NCBI GenBank assembly: GCA_965231015.1
Contig: OZ246408.1
Coordinates: 19,755 to 83,754, forward strand
Reading direction: 5' to 3'
Length of the DNA: 64,000 nucleotides
Origin: an uncultured Gammaproteobacteria bacterium
GTDB taxonomy: Bacteria > Patescibacteriota > Patescibacteriia > UBA9934 > CAZDDW01
The notes under the pieces were generated by a model that saw only the letters and a program-made list of their open reading frames with translations, ran no database searches and was not told the DNA's origin. The position numbers and the translations under genes are program-made. This document shows positions 22,601 to 31,612 of the stretch, piece after piece. The number at the start of each line of letters is the position of its first letter. Position 1 is the first letter of the stretch.

Positions 22601-23077
22601 ATAGGTGCCCACGTTCGACGGGTTCCCCACTTGGTTGGCCCCGACTCCGGAATCAACCGCATTTTCACCCACTTTGATGACCACCTCACTGCCACCGGCA
22701 ATGGCCCCACCATCTCCGGCGCAGATTTCGACTGTTATAACGTCTGCAGCAATACTTACTCCGGCTTCCTCTGCCCCACTGCAGTCGGTTGCCGTGGTTA
22801 GATCGGTTCCATCGTCTTCAACATCAACATCATCTTCGCTGATGCTCGACGTGTCGAATGAGGCATCGAAGGAAACAAGCATGGTTTCCCCTTCGGCTAC
22901 CCCGGAACCGGTAGTAAAAGTAAGTTCATGATCAGTATCATTCCCCACTTCCAGGCTGGTGGCCCGGTGACTGACACTGGTCAAGGTGGCCGCACTGACT
23001 GAAACAGCCGCAATAACCGCCGCGAAAAAAGCAGCGACTAGTACACTGTTCCAAATTTTTTTGAACTGCTTAGCCAC
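19583..23077 (-). CDS. Membrane-anchored surface protein: FN3-like domains, CGDG-x-C cysteine-rich repeats, carboxypeptidase-regulatory-like domains
   Basis: Signal peptide; ITWETDE.ADSLV.YG...H...LTGL...T.YHF.V.S FN3-type repeats; three CGDG.C.GDETC.TCP.DCG.C repeats; two WG.VY...P...VR.F...TD..GRY.FL modules flanking TM helices. Confidence 0.8.
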   Translation of the reverse strand: MAKQFKKIWNSVLVAAFFAAVIAAVSVSAATLTSVSHRATSLEVGNDTDHELTFTTGSGVAEGETMLVSFDASFDTSSISEDDVDVEDDGTDLTTATDCSGAEEAGVSIAADVITVEICAGDGGAIAGGSEVVIKVGENAVDSGVGANQVGNPSNVGTYQIYISGGTFADWGSAWVPISSPGDVDVTLSVGDGGNGGPNTGCGDSIPPNISNVSVINITENEATITWETDETADSLVNYGETDSYEIGSETDNSLITEHSIDLTGLSAGTVYHFEVSSADFCLNRTTVGDYTFTTNDLTPPIISNVRVEDITETSARVLWDTDEPADSLVDYGLDVTYGSDESDSAYVTEHSVLLTGLSENTLYHFQVTSADQFGNSSTDGDYTFTTLYDPPPGNVILTVTPGDSQNYLEWINPADADLDGIWIVYRTDGYPTDPADGTLIYNQLGTEYLHSGLTNGVTYYYAVFAYDLAGQFSSGALGSGTPFAPEPVCGDAICEGDETCATCPDDCGVCPEVPVCGDGVCSGDETCETCPGDCGECPSEAEPVCGDGSCNGDETCTTCPGDCGECPIDDGGPGEIPAADVEFYVAKNKIELIPRDGVVRMLVGTELRVQLLTRNISWPVDHVELSFGDSLFLMNPPYVNDYATGDIYIAALTDDAYYADVITPTVADAYPLEVTVYYEGGYAQNIPFTAQVDAFGYTFTTTESGTKRVGNSRVTLFSNDTGEFIVWDGSLYGELNPVTTPADGSFAWYVPIGDYYIVAEAAGYDDAVTPDFYVEDNIINPTIELTPLPPPLEEVLETPEQALSIILDNVVFALEEVREVPSVMDALEITIPLLLFLALGNLIWLALFFNLLPFLQYLLSAPILFFWRRKRKGWGVVYNSMTKIPIGLAIVRLFKLSSKEDEKGQLLQSRVTDREGRYFFLADRGEYRIEVTKPGYKFPSEYLARVTDDGVYLDVYHGEIVRVSEKDATIAANIPMDPVKTEGVKTPARIKFMRWARRIQNILAVFGVVLAIVVAIIMPTVLTITVAVAQVLLYFLIKRLTRVRKPKGWGIVYDKRTSQPLANVVVRIFEPKYNKLLETTLTDSKGRYSFLVGPNEYFTRYERKGYQPTEYRPIDYKDKKEPTDVAIDVYLDKQNGQNQSSKVENLPKKETKQYEGGNPTQKS

Positions 23078-23089
23078 ATGTTAAATCCA

Positions 23090-24040
23090 TTAATAATCAT
23101 ATTGATTATTTTGTTCTTCGATTCTTAAGGCCAATTTTTTTCGAAGAACAGTTACCGCGATCAGGATATTTAGAATCACGAAAGCCAGAAGCGCCAATTG
23201 CCATGGAAAAATCCAGAATACACTGTCGGCTTGCACTGTTTCTCCGTTATCAAGTTTCAACTCCAGGGTTGCCTTGTACCGCCCCAGACCGAAGTTGATC
23301 CACTCGTTATTCATTTCTTCGAAAAAACCGGATTTTGTGACTTCGTTCCGAATCCAGCTGGCTGTGAATTCACGGGTGCTCATAGGCAATACCCGGCTTA
23401 ATTCTTCGTTGACTGGAATTCCGGCCACTGGGGTACCGAAAAAATCGCGTACCACGATCTGCCCGATCGGAATTAAATGAACGTTTCCTTGATTTTGCAT
23501 CCGGAAACTGAAATCAACTGGCAGACGATTAGTCCACCCCTTGGTTTCAAATTCCAGAATCTCTGCTTTGTAGCTGTTCTCGCCCTCCACTGTGAGAAAA
23601 AACAGTACTGCTATTTTTGCCTCCACACTGACATTACCTGCTTCGCCGGCTTCGGAAACAAGAACTGCTGCATAATATCCACCAGCCTCTATATCTGAGG
23701 GTACGGCGATAGTCAGGGCCAACGTAGCCGTTTGACCTGGGTCGACTTCAACCGTTCGTTCAGGAAACTTAATCCATTCAGCCAATCCCGTATGGTCTTC
23801 TTCGTATGGAATGAACTTTGGCACCCCAGGCTCTTCCGAACTCTCAAATTTGATAGTGCTTAAAGAATAAATTCTAGTTTGATCGGATGAGTTGTGAATA
23901 ATCATCTCTTGATTGATTGACTCCCCACGATTAGCAATCAGGTCTACCGTAGCCGGACTCACTGTTGCCGCCTGTGTTGCTCCCACCACCAGAGACACCG
24001 TTCCAATTAGCAATGCAATCAAATATACTACCCATTTCAT
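23090..24040 (-). CDS. DUF916/WxL-interacting-like cell-surface protein with C-terminal TM anchor
   Basis: Signal peptide, LAEWI, GGYYAAVL, N.GNVHL.P.G, FG.GRYKA, FWIFPW followed by a TM segment. Confidence 0.65.
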   Translation of the reverse strand: MKWVVYLIALLIGTVSLVVGATQAATVSPATVDLIANRGESINQEMIIHNSSDQTRIYSLSTIKFESSEEPGVPKFIPYEEDHTGLAEWIKFPERTVEVDPGQTATLALTIAVPSDIEAGGYYAAVLVSEAGEAGNVSVEAKIAVLFFLTVEGENSYKAEILEFETKGWTNRLPVDFSFRMQNQGNVHLIPIGQIVVRDFFGTPVAGIPVNEELSRVLPMSTREFTASWIRNEVTKSGFFEEMNNEWINFGLGRYKATLELKLDNGETVQADSVFWIFPWQLALLAFVILNILIAVTVLRKKLALRIEEQNNQYDY

Positions 24041-24041
24041 A

Positions 24042-24947
24042 CTAAAAGTTTCCTGAACTTATGAGTGATATCGTGTGTGAATAGTCACCCTCGGGAGTAC
24101 CTGCCGCTACCGTGGCTTTCAGCGTAAGGAAATCCCTACTTTTATAAGAGAGCGAACCTTTAGTGCCTACCTCTTGAAATGAGCCGGTGAAAGCGGTGTC
24201 AGCCGTGTCGAAGGTAGATCCAGCCAAAGTTTGATCACTAGAACGCGCACCGTATTCCTCTGAGCCTAAAGTTACGGCACCGTCGACCACATCATCGATG
24301 TCGTTTGCTCCATCACGCAAATTTCCATCTTCAAGCACATATACTGTATAGCCATCATCAGTATCTACGGTAACTTCCCAGCCCACGAGAGCCGTTGAAT
24401 AATCAGTATCGTCAACCGTACCAAAACCAACTGATGAACCAGACATGCGGTACAGATAATCATTCGTTCCATCAATCACTAAAGCCGGCCCTCCCGTTTC
24501 AATGTTATCAAGCGTAATGTTGTTTCCGGCAATCCCGGTGATTTCACCGATTCCTGCCACTTGTGATGAACCGAGGTCCTGGATAACCGCAACCATGTTT
24601 CCGGTTGAAAAACCAGTCGTACCCGCAACGGTGACCGTGTTTCCAACCAGTGCAGTGGCTTCGGTATTACTATTGCTCTGTGTAAAAAGATCAAAACTGA
24701 TCACTTGATCAAAAATCCCCTGCCTGTAACCCGCTCGAGCATCATAATTTGCTGAGCTTGAGTTACCTATTCCTGTGTTTCCGATTGTGTCTCTTAATTG
24801 ATAGCTAGCAGATGTTGAATCATCTGATCCACCAGCCCCAATGGTATCCCAGCGTATCTCGAAATTAGCTGACGACATTTGTGCAGATACTAAGTCAGCG
24901 AAAAACGAACTGAAAATTACAATTAAGCTTAAAATCAAAAAACGCAT
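24042..24947 (-). CDS. Secreted surface protein (WxL-like beta protein)
   Basis: Likely start MRFLIL; MSSANFEI...GG..STSASYQL N-terminus; C-terminal TPEGDYSHTISLISSGNF. Confidence 0.6.
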   Translation of the reverse strand: MRFLILSLIVIFSSFFADLVSAQMSSANFEIRWDTIGAGGSDDSTSASYQLRDTIGNTGIGNSSSANYDARAGYRQGIFDQVISFDLFTQSNSNTEATALVGNTVTVAGTTGFSTGNMVAVIQDLGSSQVAGIGEITGIAGNNITLDNIETGGPALVIDGTNDYLYRMSGSSVGFGTVDDTDYSTALVGWEVTVDTDDGYTVYVLEDGNLRDGANDIDDVVDGAVTLGSEEYGARSSDQTLAGSTFDTADTAFTGSFQEVGTKGSLSYKSRDFLTLKATVAAGTPEGDYSHTISLISSGNF

Positions 24948-25039
24948 ACATTTTGGCTTCTTAATTATATCATGAATACATAATTTAGTCAACGCATTAT
25001 TATGCTAAATTTAGCTAAAAATTAGACATAAAATACGTG

Positions 25040-25101
25040 TTATAAACAGAAAAACTGTGGATATCCCCAGAAATTGGTACACCTATCCACAGTTATCCAC
25101 A
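25040..25101. promoter_or_regulatory. DnaA-box cluster
   Basis: TTATCCACA (25093, perfect), CTATCCACA (25083), TGTGGATAT (25056), TTATAAACA (25040) beside an AT-rich tract. Confidence 0.55.
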
Positions 25102-25139
25102 TCTGTCTCAATTTGTCTAGCCTAATGTTGACAAACAAC

Positions 25140-25176
25140 TGAACCCCTAAGGTTCAATGACAACCTTAGAGGTTGT
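25140..25176. repeat. Two AACC-N5-GGTT short palindromes 3' of the RAYT gene
   Basis: TGAACCCCTAAGGTTCA and ACAACCTTAGAGGTTGT. Confidence 0.7.
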
Positions 25177-25675
25177 TGAATGCTGAAACAAATTGGTTTG
25201 AACAAATACCACATTGTAAATTTTGATACTCTTTCCAGCTCGACCAGCTATGTAGACTCACATCCCCCACTATCCCTGCTCTTACAGGATTTTGATGGAT
25301 ATAATCAATAATTTTTATCAATTGCCCATCACAAGTTATTCTTACTGATTTGTACTGGGACTCAAACAATCTACCCGATCTATGGTATTTGGAATTGAAT
25401 GTCTTTGTATAACTATTTCCAACTCTACTCATAAATCGTGATATCCCCTCATCAATCAGCTCTTCAACCAATAAATGATAGTGATTTGGCATTAAACAGT
25501 AAGCTAAAATGGAGACATATCGTTTAGATGATCCACGTGAAACAACTTCATTTCTGACCTGCAAGGTTGAAATAAAACAAGAATAATCGAACTCAGTAAT
25601 GAATATTTTTCGTTTATCTACTCCTCTATTGTAAATATGATGAATTTTCCCTTCAGGATTTTCATTATAAAACAT
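25166..25675 (-). CDS. REP-associated tyrosine transposase (RAYT, Y1/IS200-like HUH)
   Basis: HHIYNRG, AYCLMPNHYHLL (HUH), GRLFESQY, YIHQNPVRAG (catalytic Tyr), WSS; likely start MFYNE. Confidence 0.9.
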   Translation of the reverse strand: MFYNENPEGKIHHIYNRGVDKRKIFITEFDYSCFISTLQVRNEVVSRGSSKRYVSILAYCLMPNHYHLLVEELIDEGISRFMSRVGNSYTKTFNSKYHRSGRLFESQYKSVRITCDGQLIKIIDYIHQNPVRAGIVGDVSLHSWSSWKEYQNLQCGICSNQFVSAFNNL

Positions 25676-25733
25676 AAACTCCCATTTAATTATGGGAGTC
25701 TTTACTAAATTTACTACATTTTGCACCTTTTGT

Positions 25734-25830
25734 CAACCTTGCAGGTTGTGTATTATTGTCGTGAATTGATTCATGTTTCACATGAATCTCTCCAAGCAAC
25801 GTGCAAGGTTGTACATGAACCTGAGAGGTT
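25734..25830. repeat. Three AACCT...AGGTT-type palindromes 5' of the RAYT gene
   Basis: CAACCTTGCAGGTTG, CAACGTGCAAGGTTG, AACCTGAGAGGTT. Confidence 0.7.
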
Positions 25831-25832
25831 GG

Positions 25833-26428
25833 TTATTTTTGCAGAATAACCTCAAGCCATTTTTGATTGCTAAACTCAACAAGGTCTGAACTCAATATTT
25901 TGAATTCACCCTTAATTTTTTCAATATCTTGCTCTGAATACAGATAATAGGTTCTTGTTCCAAACACATCAGTTGTCTTTTCGACGTATTCAGCCGCCCA
26001 TTTTAAATACACATACACAACACCACCTTGATTGAGCTTATTGAATAATCTAGAAAATATGTTTAAAGATCATCTTTCGAGACATGTATCAATGAAGCGG
26101 AAGCATGAACAATATCTAGTCCGTCAAGGAACTTAAACTCCTCAACTCGGGCTGTTTCAAAATCGATATGAGGATTTCGTTTTCGAGCGATATCAATTAA
26201 TTTTGATAAGGCATCGATCCCAATATAGCGATTTGTTTGTTCTATTATGTACTCGGCATCTCTTCCAGCAGCACAACCAATTTCTGATACAAACGGGTTT
26301 TTCTGATTCACAATTTCAAATAGTCGATCGAGATCTTTACTTCTAGCTCCAGTCCTATCAAATTTCATAGCAAAGTCAGAAGCCATACTGTTATAGGTCT
26401 CAATGGTCTTAATTTGCTTTTCATTCAT
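25833..26428 (-). pseudogene. Class I SAM-dependent methyltransferase, frameshifted
   Basis: EIGCAAGRDA motif I, GIDA, HASASLIHV; one base missing at GAT-CT-TTA near 26065; restoring it gives ...DDLLNIFSRLFNKLNQGGVVYVYLKW, joining ORF 25833-26018. Confidence 0.75.
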
Positions 26429-26437
26429 AGCTTTGGG

Positions 26438-26512
26438 TGGTGACCCCGGCAGGAATCGAACCTGCAACTAGTCCTTAGGAGGGACTTGTTATATCCATTT
26501 AACTACAGGGTC
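26438..26512 (-). tRNA. tRNA-Arg(CCT)
   Basis: GACCCTGTAGTTAAATGGATATAACAAGTCCCTCCTAAGGACTAGTTGCAGGTTCGATTCCTGCCGGGGTCACCA. Confidence 0.93.
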
Positions 26513-26615
26513 AGGCTTATTATGTGTCGTAAAACGTTGAGTTGTTGGTTATACAGAAACAGGGTAGAATGCGTGTACGACATGAAACACGTACGCTGAT
26601 TATAACGGTTAACCT

Positions 26616-27671
26616 ATGCTTCATCAATACATCACCATTGCTCTCTTGGCTGCTTTGCTCATCGCGATCGTTTATTTGATTCGCCGTGGTTCTACTCAAA
26701 CCTCAATTGACTTGTCGCAAGACAAAACTATCGAACAGATCTCGAAAGAACTTTCAGAAATTAGAGGCGAGTTTAAAACCTCACTCCAAAGCAACCTCGA
26801 TTTTTTGCAAAAGCAAAGCGGAGCCAGCAACAAAATGATTCGCGATATCACCGAGCGACTCAGCAAGCTTGATTCAACCAACCAACAGGTCGTAAACTTT
26901 GCTTCACAGTTGCAATCTCTTGAAAAGATTCTTAAGAATCCAAAACAACGTGGCATTCTTGGCGAGTACATGCTTGAGTCATTACTTGCAAACACACTGA
27001 CTCCAGAACAGTTCACCATGCAATACAAGATAGGGAAGGACGCGAACAACAAAGACTTAATTGTTGACGCAGCAATTTTTGTTAAAGATAAAACGATCCC
27101 GATTGATGCTAAATTCAGTCTAGAAAACTACAATAAAATCATGGAAGAAGAGGATTCGACTCGGCGAGACCAGTTAGAAAAACAGCTCAAAGTCGATATT
27201 AAAAATCGTATCGATGAAACCAGCAAGTATATTCGACCTGACCAAAACACCACGGAATTCGCGTTCATGTTTATTCCCGCCGAAGGAGTTTTCTACAATC
27301 TCCTCATATATAAAGTAGGCTCAACCAATGTGAGCTCACGCGACCTGATTGAATACGCTTTCTCAAAACGTGTAATCATTGTTTCACCAACTTCTTTCTT
27401 TGCTTACTTACAAACCGTTCTTCAGGCTTTGAAAGCACTGCAGGTTGAAGAAAACGTAAAGGAGATCATTAAACAGGTAGGGAACTTACACAAACATATT
27501 GGAGTACACGATGAAATGATGGGAAAACTCGGGAACCAACTTGGAACTGTGGTTAACACATACAACACTACTTATAAGGAACTCAACAAGATCGATAAAG
27601 ACATCACCAAGATCACAGGAAATGAGAAACTTATTGAACCACAAAGTTTAGATCGGCCAGACAAGCAATAA
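26616..27671 (+). CDS. rmuC: DNA recombination protein RmuC
   Basis: N-terminal TM plus coiled coil, NPKQRGILGE, PIDAKF, KYI.P..TTEFAFMFIPAEG, VSPTS. Confidence 0.93.
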   Translation: MLHQYITIALLAALLIAIVYLIRRGSTQTSIDLSQDKTIEQISKELSEIRGEFKTSLQSNLDFLQKQSGASNKMIRDITERLSKLDSTNQQVVNFASQLQSLEKILKNPKQRGILGEYMLESLLANTLTPEQFTMQYKIGKDANNKDLIVDAAIFVKDKTIPIDAKFSLENYNKIMEEEDSTRRDQLEKQLKVDIKNRIDETSKYIRPDQNTTEFAFMFIPAEGVFYNLLIYKVGSTNVSSRDLIEYAFSKRVIIVSPTSFFAYLQTVLQALKALQVEENVKEIIKQVGNLHKHIGVHDEMMGKLGNQLGTVVNTYNTTYKELNKIDKDITKITGNEKLIEPQSLDRPDKQ

Positions 27672-27744
27672 TCTTGACAATCTACTCGATTTATAATAAA
27701 ATTCTCTCGTCCTAGATTAATCACATGCTCAAATCAGAATAACT

Positions 27745-28014
27745 ATGCCAATTCTAAAAAATGCCAAAAAGGCACTTCGACAAAACAAGAAGCGGGCTGA
27801 ACGAAACCAGCTGGTAAAAGATGAGATTGCATCCCACCGCCGCTTCTTTAGAAAGGCTATTGAGGCAGCTGATGGCAAAAAAGCTGAGGAGTTGTACCAC
27901 AAGCTTTGCAAGATGTACGACAAAGCAGTGAAAAATAGTGTGTTCCACGCAAACAATGCTGCTCGAACCAAGTCTCGCATGGCGGCAAAAATCAAAGCCT
28001 TGAAGACCAAATAA
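27745..28014 (+). CDS. rpsT: 30S ribosomal protein S20
   Basis: MPILKNAKKALRQ...DKAVK..VFHANNAARTKSR. Confidence 0.95.
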   Translation: MPILKNAKKALRQNKKRAERNQLVKDEIASHRRFFRKAIEAADGKKAEELYHKLCKMYDKAVKNSVFHANNAARTKSRMAAKIKALKTK

Positions 28015-28065
28015 AAACAAAACCGACAGCACGGAACCCGAGCCGTCGGTTTTGTTTTTGTTGAC

Positions 28066-29031
28066 TTATTCTGTGAGCATTCTTGCCACCACTAAGTCAA
28101 CGGCCATTTCGACATCCACTTTCCCGGTCTTACTGCCATGATCGAGTGCGAATAATAAATCAAAGGTATTGTTAAGATCATCGAGTTTAAATTGTTTGGC
28201 CTGCCCAAGCGACTTTTGTGCTACAAACGGGTGTAATTTCAACGCACTCGCCACTTCTTGCTTACCAACTCGTGGATTTGTATCAATCATCGAACGTACC
28301 CCAAGTAAAATTCGCACTTGGCGCAGCAGCATACTGAAAATATAATGATCACTCGCTCCACTCATTCGTTCTTCATCAAGCAGACGAATCGCCTCGGTTG
28401 TTTTTTTCTGTGCTACCGCATCGACCAACTGAAATATTTGATCCTCAAAACTAGCCCGAACCATGCTGTCGACCATTTCACGAGTAATTATTTCACCACC
28501 TGCGTACGCGACCAACTTTAAAACCTCATTATTCATCTGCCACAAGTCTGACCCAACTCGCTCAACCAAAGACGTTAACGCAGCACGATCAAAACTTGCC
28601 CCAAGCTCCTGCGCCCGAGTGGTCACCCACTTGGAAAGCTCTGACCCGATTAATACGGGAAACGGGTATGTGTGGACCTTGGCCTCATTTTTAAAAGCCT
28701 TGAACAACTTGTTTTTCTCAAGCTTCCCAGGCTCCATGCTCTCCCACAAGATCACAATCGTTGAATCTGGGACCGAACTCAATCCTTCCTGCCACTGCTT
28801 TAATCCATCTGCTTTGAGGCCACAAAGCAAATCCTTGATTACTACCATCCGCTTTTCTCCAAGAAACGGTGGACTTTTAATTGACTGCATGGCCTCACCA
28901 TATGAAACATTGCTGGCAAACTCGGCCAGGTTCATTCCTGAAGAATCAAATTTAAGGGCAAAAGTATCCTTCATGACCTGAACCTTTTCTTGAGCCCGGA
29001 AGGAATCCTCTCCGTAAACGAAGATCAACAT
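28066..29031 (-). CDS. holA: DNA polymerase III subunit delta
   Basis: FVYGED, PFLGEKRMVVI, NEVLKL, IFQLVDA, LHPFVA; convergent with rpsT. Confidence 0.9.
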   Translation of the reverse strand: MLIFVYGEDSFRAQEKVQVMKDTFALKFDSSGMNLAEFASNVSYGEAMQSIKSPPFLGEKRMVVIKDLLCGLKADGLKQWQEGLSSVPDSTIVILWESMEPGKLEKNKLFKAFKNEAKVHTYPFPVLIGSELSKWVTTRAQELGASFDRAALTSLVERVGSDLWQMNNEVLKLVAYAGGEIITREMVDSMVRASFEDQIFQLVDAVAQKKTTEAIRLLDEERMSGASDHYIFSMLLRQVRILLGVRSMIDTNPRVGKQEVASALKLHPFVAQKSLGQAKQFKLDDLNNTFDLLFALDHGSKTGKVDVEMAVDLVVARMLTE

Positions 29032-29262
29032 ACCCAGCAGTACAACTTCGGACCTTTAGTCGTTAGTTGTTTTCTGGTTAATACAGCCAAGAAAGATAAA
29101 CCGACGTAGGTTTTAAGCTTAGCTTCTTAATCATTACCCAGTCACTCAAAATCCGAAATTGTACTGCTGGGCACAGTGGACCAATTTTAACCTGTAAAAC
29201 CAGACTTGACAAATATTCATAATGGGTATATACTCATAATATAAGAATTAACATGGTTTCAT

Positions 29263-29454
29263 ATGCCAAACTATGATGGAACCGGCCCAAACGGACGTGG
29301 ACCATTAACCGGACGCGGTCTTGGAGAGTGCCAAGGAGCTCGGGGTGTTAACCGAGCTGTGCGTCCAGGATACGGACGAGGTCTGGGATATGGTCGCGGT
29401 CGAGGACTCGGTCGTGGTCGCTGTCCTTATTGGAACACGGACCAGCCGGCTTAA
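29263..29454 (+). CDS. DUF5320-like small Gly/Arg-rich protein
   Basis: MP..DGTGP.G.GP.TGRGLG.C signature. Confidence 0.8.
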   Translation: MPNYDGTGPNGRGPLTGRGLGECQGARGVNRAVRPGYGRGLGYGRGRGLGRGRCPYWNTDQPA

Positions 29455-29508
29455 CCAGAACCAGCCGTCTAAGTGCACATAGACGGTTTTTCTGGTACTC
29501 TTAAATGT

Positions 29509-29784
29509 ATGCCAAGACCAAGATTACAACGCCGAGTTCGTTTTGAACCTAATACCACCTACTTCAAACCGCAGGGAATTCCCATGCGCGATCTTGAGAT
29601 TGTTGAACTAACGCACGAAGAGGCTGAGGCCATGCGATTAAAAAATGCCGAGGGCCTTGATCAAACTGAAGCAGCAAAAAAAATGAAAACCTCACAGAGC
29701 ACATATCAAAGAATCCTATCTTCAGCCTATCAGAAAATTACTGACGCCATTACCAACGGCAAAGCAATTAAAATTATTCAATAA
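29509..29784 (+). CDS. DUF134 family putative DNA-binding protein
   Basis: MPRPR..RRV...P...YFKPQG...EEAEAMRL...EGLDQ..AA..M..SQST. Confidence 0.88.
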   Translation: MPRPRLQRRVRFEPNTTYFKPQGIPMRDLEIVELTHEEAEAMRLKNAEGLDQTEAAKKMKTSQSTYQRILSSAYQKITDAITNGKAIKIIQ

Positions 29785-29785
29785 T

Positions 29786-30970
29786 ATGCGCCGATTGTTT
29801 TTCGCTATCTTTCTACTGTCTACTCTCTACTTTCTACCTCTAAATACGCAAGCCGCCACAGTTGATCTTTACTTTTTTTATGGCCAGGGTTGCCCGCACT
29901 GTGCCAAGATGGAAGTTTTCTTGGATGAAATGGAGGCTAAGTACCCAAATCTTGAAGTGATGCGGTATGAAACTTATTTCAATGAAGAAAACCGAAACCT
30001 CTTTTTTGAAATGGCCAATGAATTCGGGGTTGAGGTTGGTGGAGTACCAACATCATTCATTGATGGAAAGGTTTTCACTGGTTTTTCTGATTCTATTGCG
30101 GAACTAGTAGAGGCAGAGATAGTCCGACTACAAAATTTAGATGAGAAGACCGGATCGGAACCAGCCACAGCTTTGACAGAACTAGTTCAACCAAAACAAG
30201 AAGAGGAGGAGGAAGAAAAGACAGTATCTATCACCACAGAAAGTAGCCCCTCTGCAAACCCGGCTCACACTGAATTATTAGAGCAGATAACCGTACCGGC
30301 TGTGCTTTCCGCGGCCGCGGTAGACGCAATCAACCCGTGCGCCTTTGCGGTGCTGATCATTCTTATGACCACCATTCTGGCCAGCAAATCTCGACGCCGG
30401 TCATTGGCCGCTGGACTGGCCTTTAGTGCCTCCATTTTTATTTCATATCTTCTCATGGGCATAGGGCTATATTCTGCCATTGCAGTATCCGGTCTTGGTC
30501 ACACCTTTTATGTCATCGTGGCAATTCTAGCCATCCTGCTTGGTCTGTTTAACCTTAAAGACAGCCTGTGGTACGGCAAATGGTTTGTCATGGAAGTCCC
30601 AATGAGTTGGCGGCCCAAATTGAAATCCATAATTCGAGGAGTGACCTCGATTCCGGGAGCCTTCTTGATTGGCTTTGTTGTGAGTCTCTTTTTGCTTCCG
30701 TGCACGTCTGGTCCTTATATTGTAATCCTTGGTTTACTATCAAGCGTAACCACACGCAACACCGCCTTCCTGTACTTGGTGCTTTATAACCTCATCTTTA
30801 TCCTGCCAATGATTCTGATTACGCTGGCCATCTTCTTTGGCATTACTACTACTGAAAAAGCCGAGGCGTGGCGGCAGGGAAGACTCAAGACCCTACACCT
30901 AATTGCTGGATTGATTCTACTACTGCTTGGAATCGGGATGTTTGTGGCCATTGGGCTAGGCATGATTTAA
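29786..30970 (+). CDS. Thioredoxin domain plus CcdA/DsbD-like membrane domain fusion
   Basis: FFYGQGCPHC; DAINPCAF and LPCTSGPY paired membrane cysteines. Confidence 0.85.
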   Translation: MRRLFFAIFLLSTLYFLPLNTQAATVDLYFFYGQGCPHCAKMEVFLDEMEAKYPNLEVMRYETYFNEENRNLFFEMANEFGVEVGGVPTSFIDGKVFTGFSDSIAELVEAEIVRLQNLDEKTGSEPATALTELVQPKQEEEEEEKTVSITTESSPSANPAHTELLEQITVPAVLSAAAVDAINPCAFAVLIILMTTILASKSRRRSLAAGLAFSASIFISYLLMGIGLYSAIAVSGLGHTFYVIVAILAILLGLFNLKDSLWYGKWFVMEVPMSWRPKLKSIIRGVTSIPGAFLIGFVVSLFLLPCTSGPYIVILGLLSSVTTRNTAFLYLVLYNLIFILPMILITLAIFFGITTTEKAEAWRQGRLKTLHLIAGLILLLLGIGMFVAIGLGMI

Positions 30971-31012
30971 ATAAAAAACAGGCCCCGGGGTTTCCAACTT
31001 GAAACCTCGGGG

Positions 31013-31528
31013 TTATTGAATTGTGTCGATCGAATCGGTGTCCTGATCTTCGTAGATCGAGGAAGGGTTACTCGGATCAGCTGACTCAAGAACCAAATCA
31101 GCATCAGTTCCTGAATCCGGTTCCAGGGAAACACCATCGACGTGAACATTGAGCAGTCGTCGTGCTCTGTCACTCAGGCCGAGCCTGGCATAAACCGCGC
31201 ACATCAGATCGATCACGGCTCGATCGTAGAAGCCGGCTCCGTAAGCCCGCTCTAGAATGTATTGAGCCTGTTCGTCCTGATGCTCTTCGTGCAAATTTTT
31301 GGCCAGAATCATAACGTGACGAATATAGAAAGAGCGTTGTTGGCCAGACACAACTGTGATCTGCTTCAATAAAGTGTGCAAAATCTCAAGCAGGTGTTCA
31401 TCACCCGGCTTGTTTTCAAGTGCGGTCTGGACGGCCAAAAAAGCCTCATCCGGGTCATCGAACTCCAGCTGGATATCGACGACACTCTGCACTTCTCGGG
31501 CATAACCCGGAGTTAAGTACTGATTCAT
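31013..31528 (-). CDS. Hypothetical protein (helical/TPR-like, acidic tail)
   Basis: SD AAAGGAG before MNQYL; hairpin 30984-31013 at the 3' end. Confidence 0.6.
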   Translation of the reverse strand: MNQYLTPGYAREVQSVVDIQLEFDDPDEAFLAVQTALENKPGDEHLLEILHTLLKQITVVSGQQRSFYIRHVMILAKNLHEEHQDEQAQYILERAYGAGFYDRAVIDLMCAVYARLGLSDRARRLLNVHVDGVSLEPDSGTDADLVLESADPSNPSSIYEDQDTDSIDTIQ

Positions 31529-31612
31529 CGCCGATTCTCCTTTCGCAAGCCAAACCTTATCATAACCAAAATAAAAAACCAAGTCTTTCGACTCAGCTCA
31601 AACTGGAAACTT

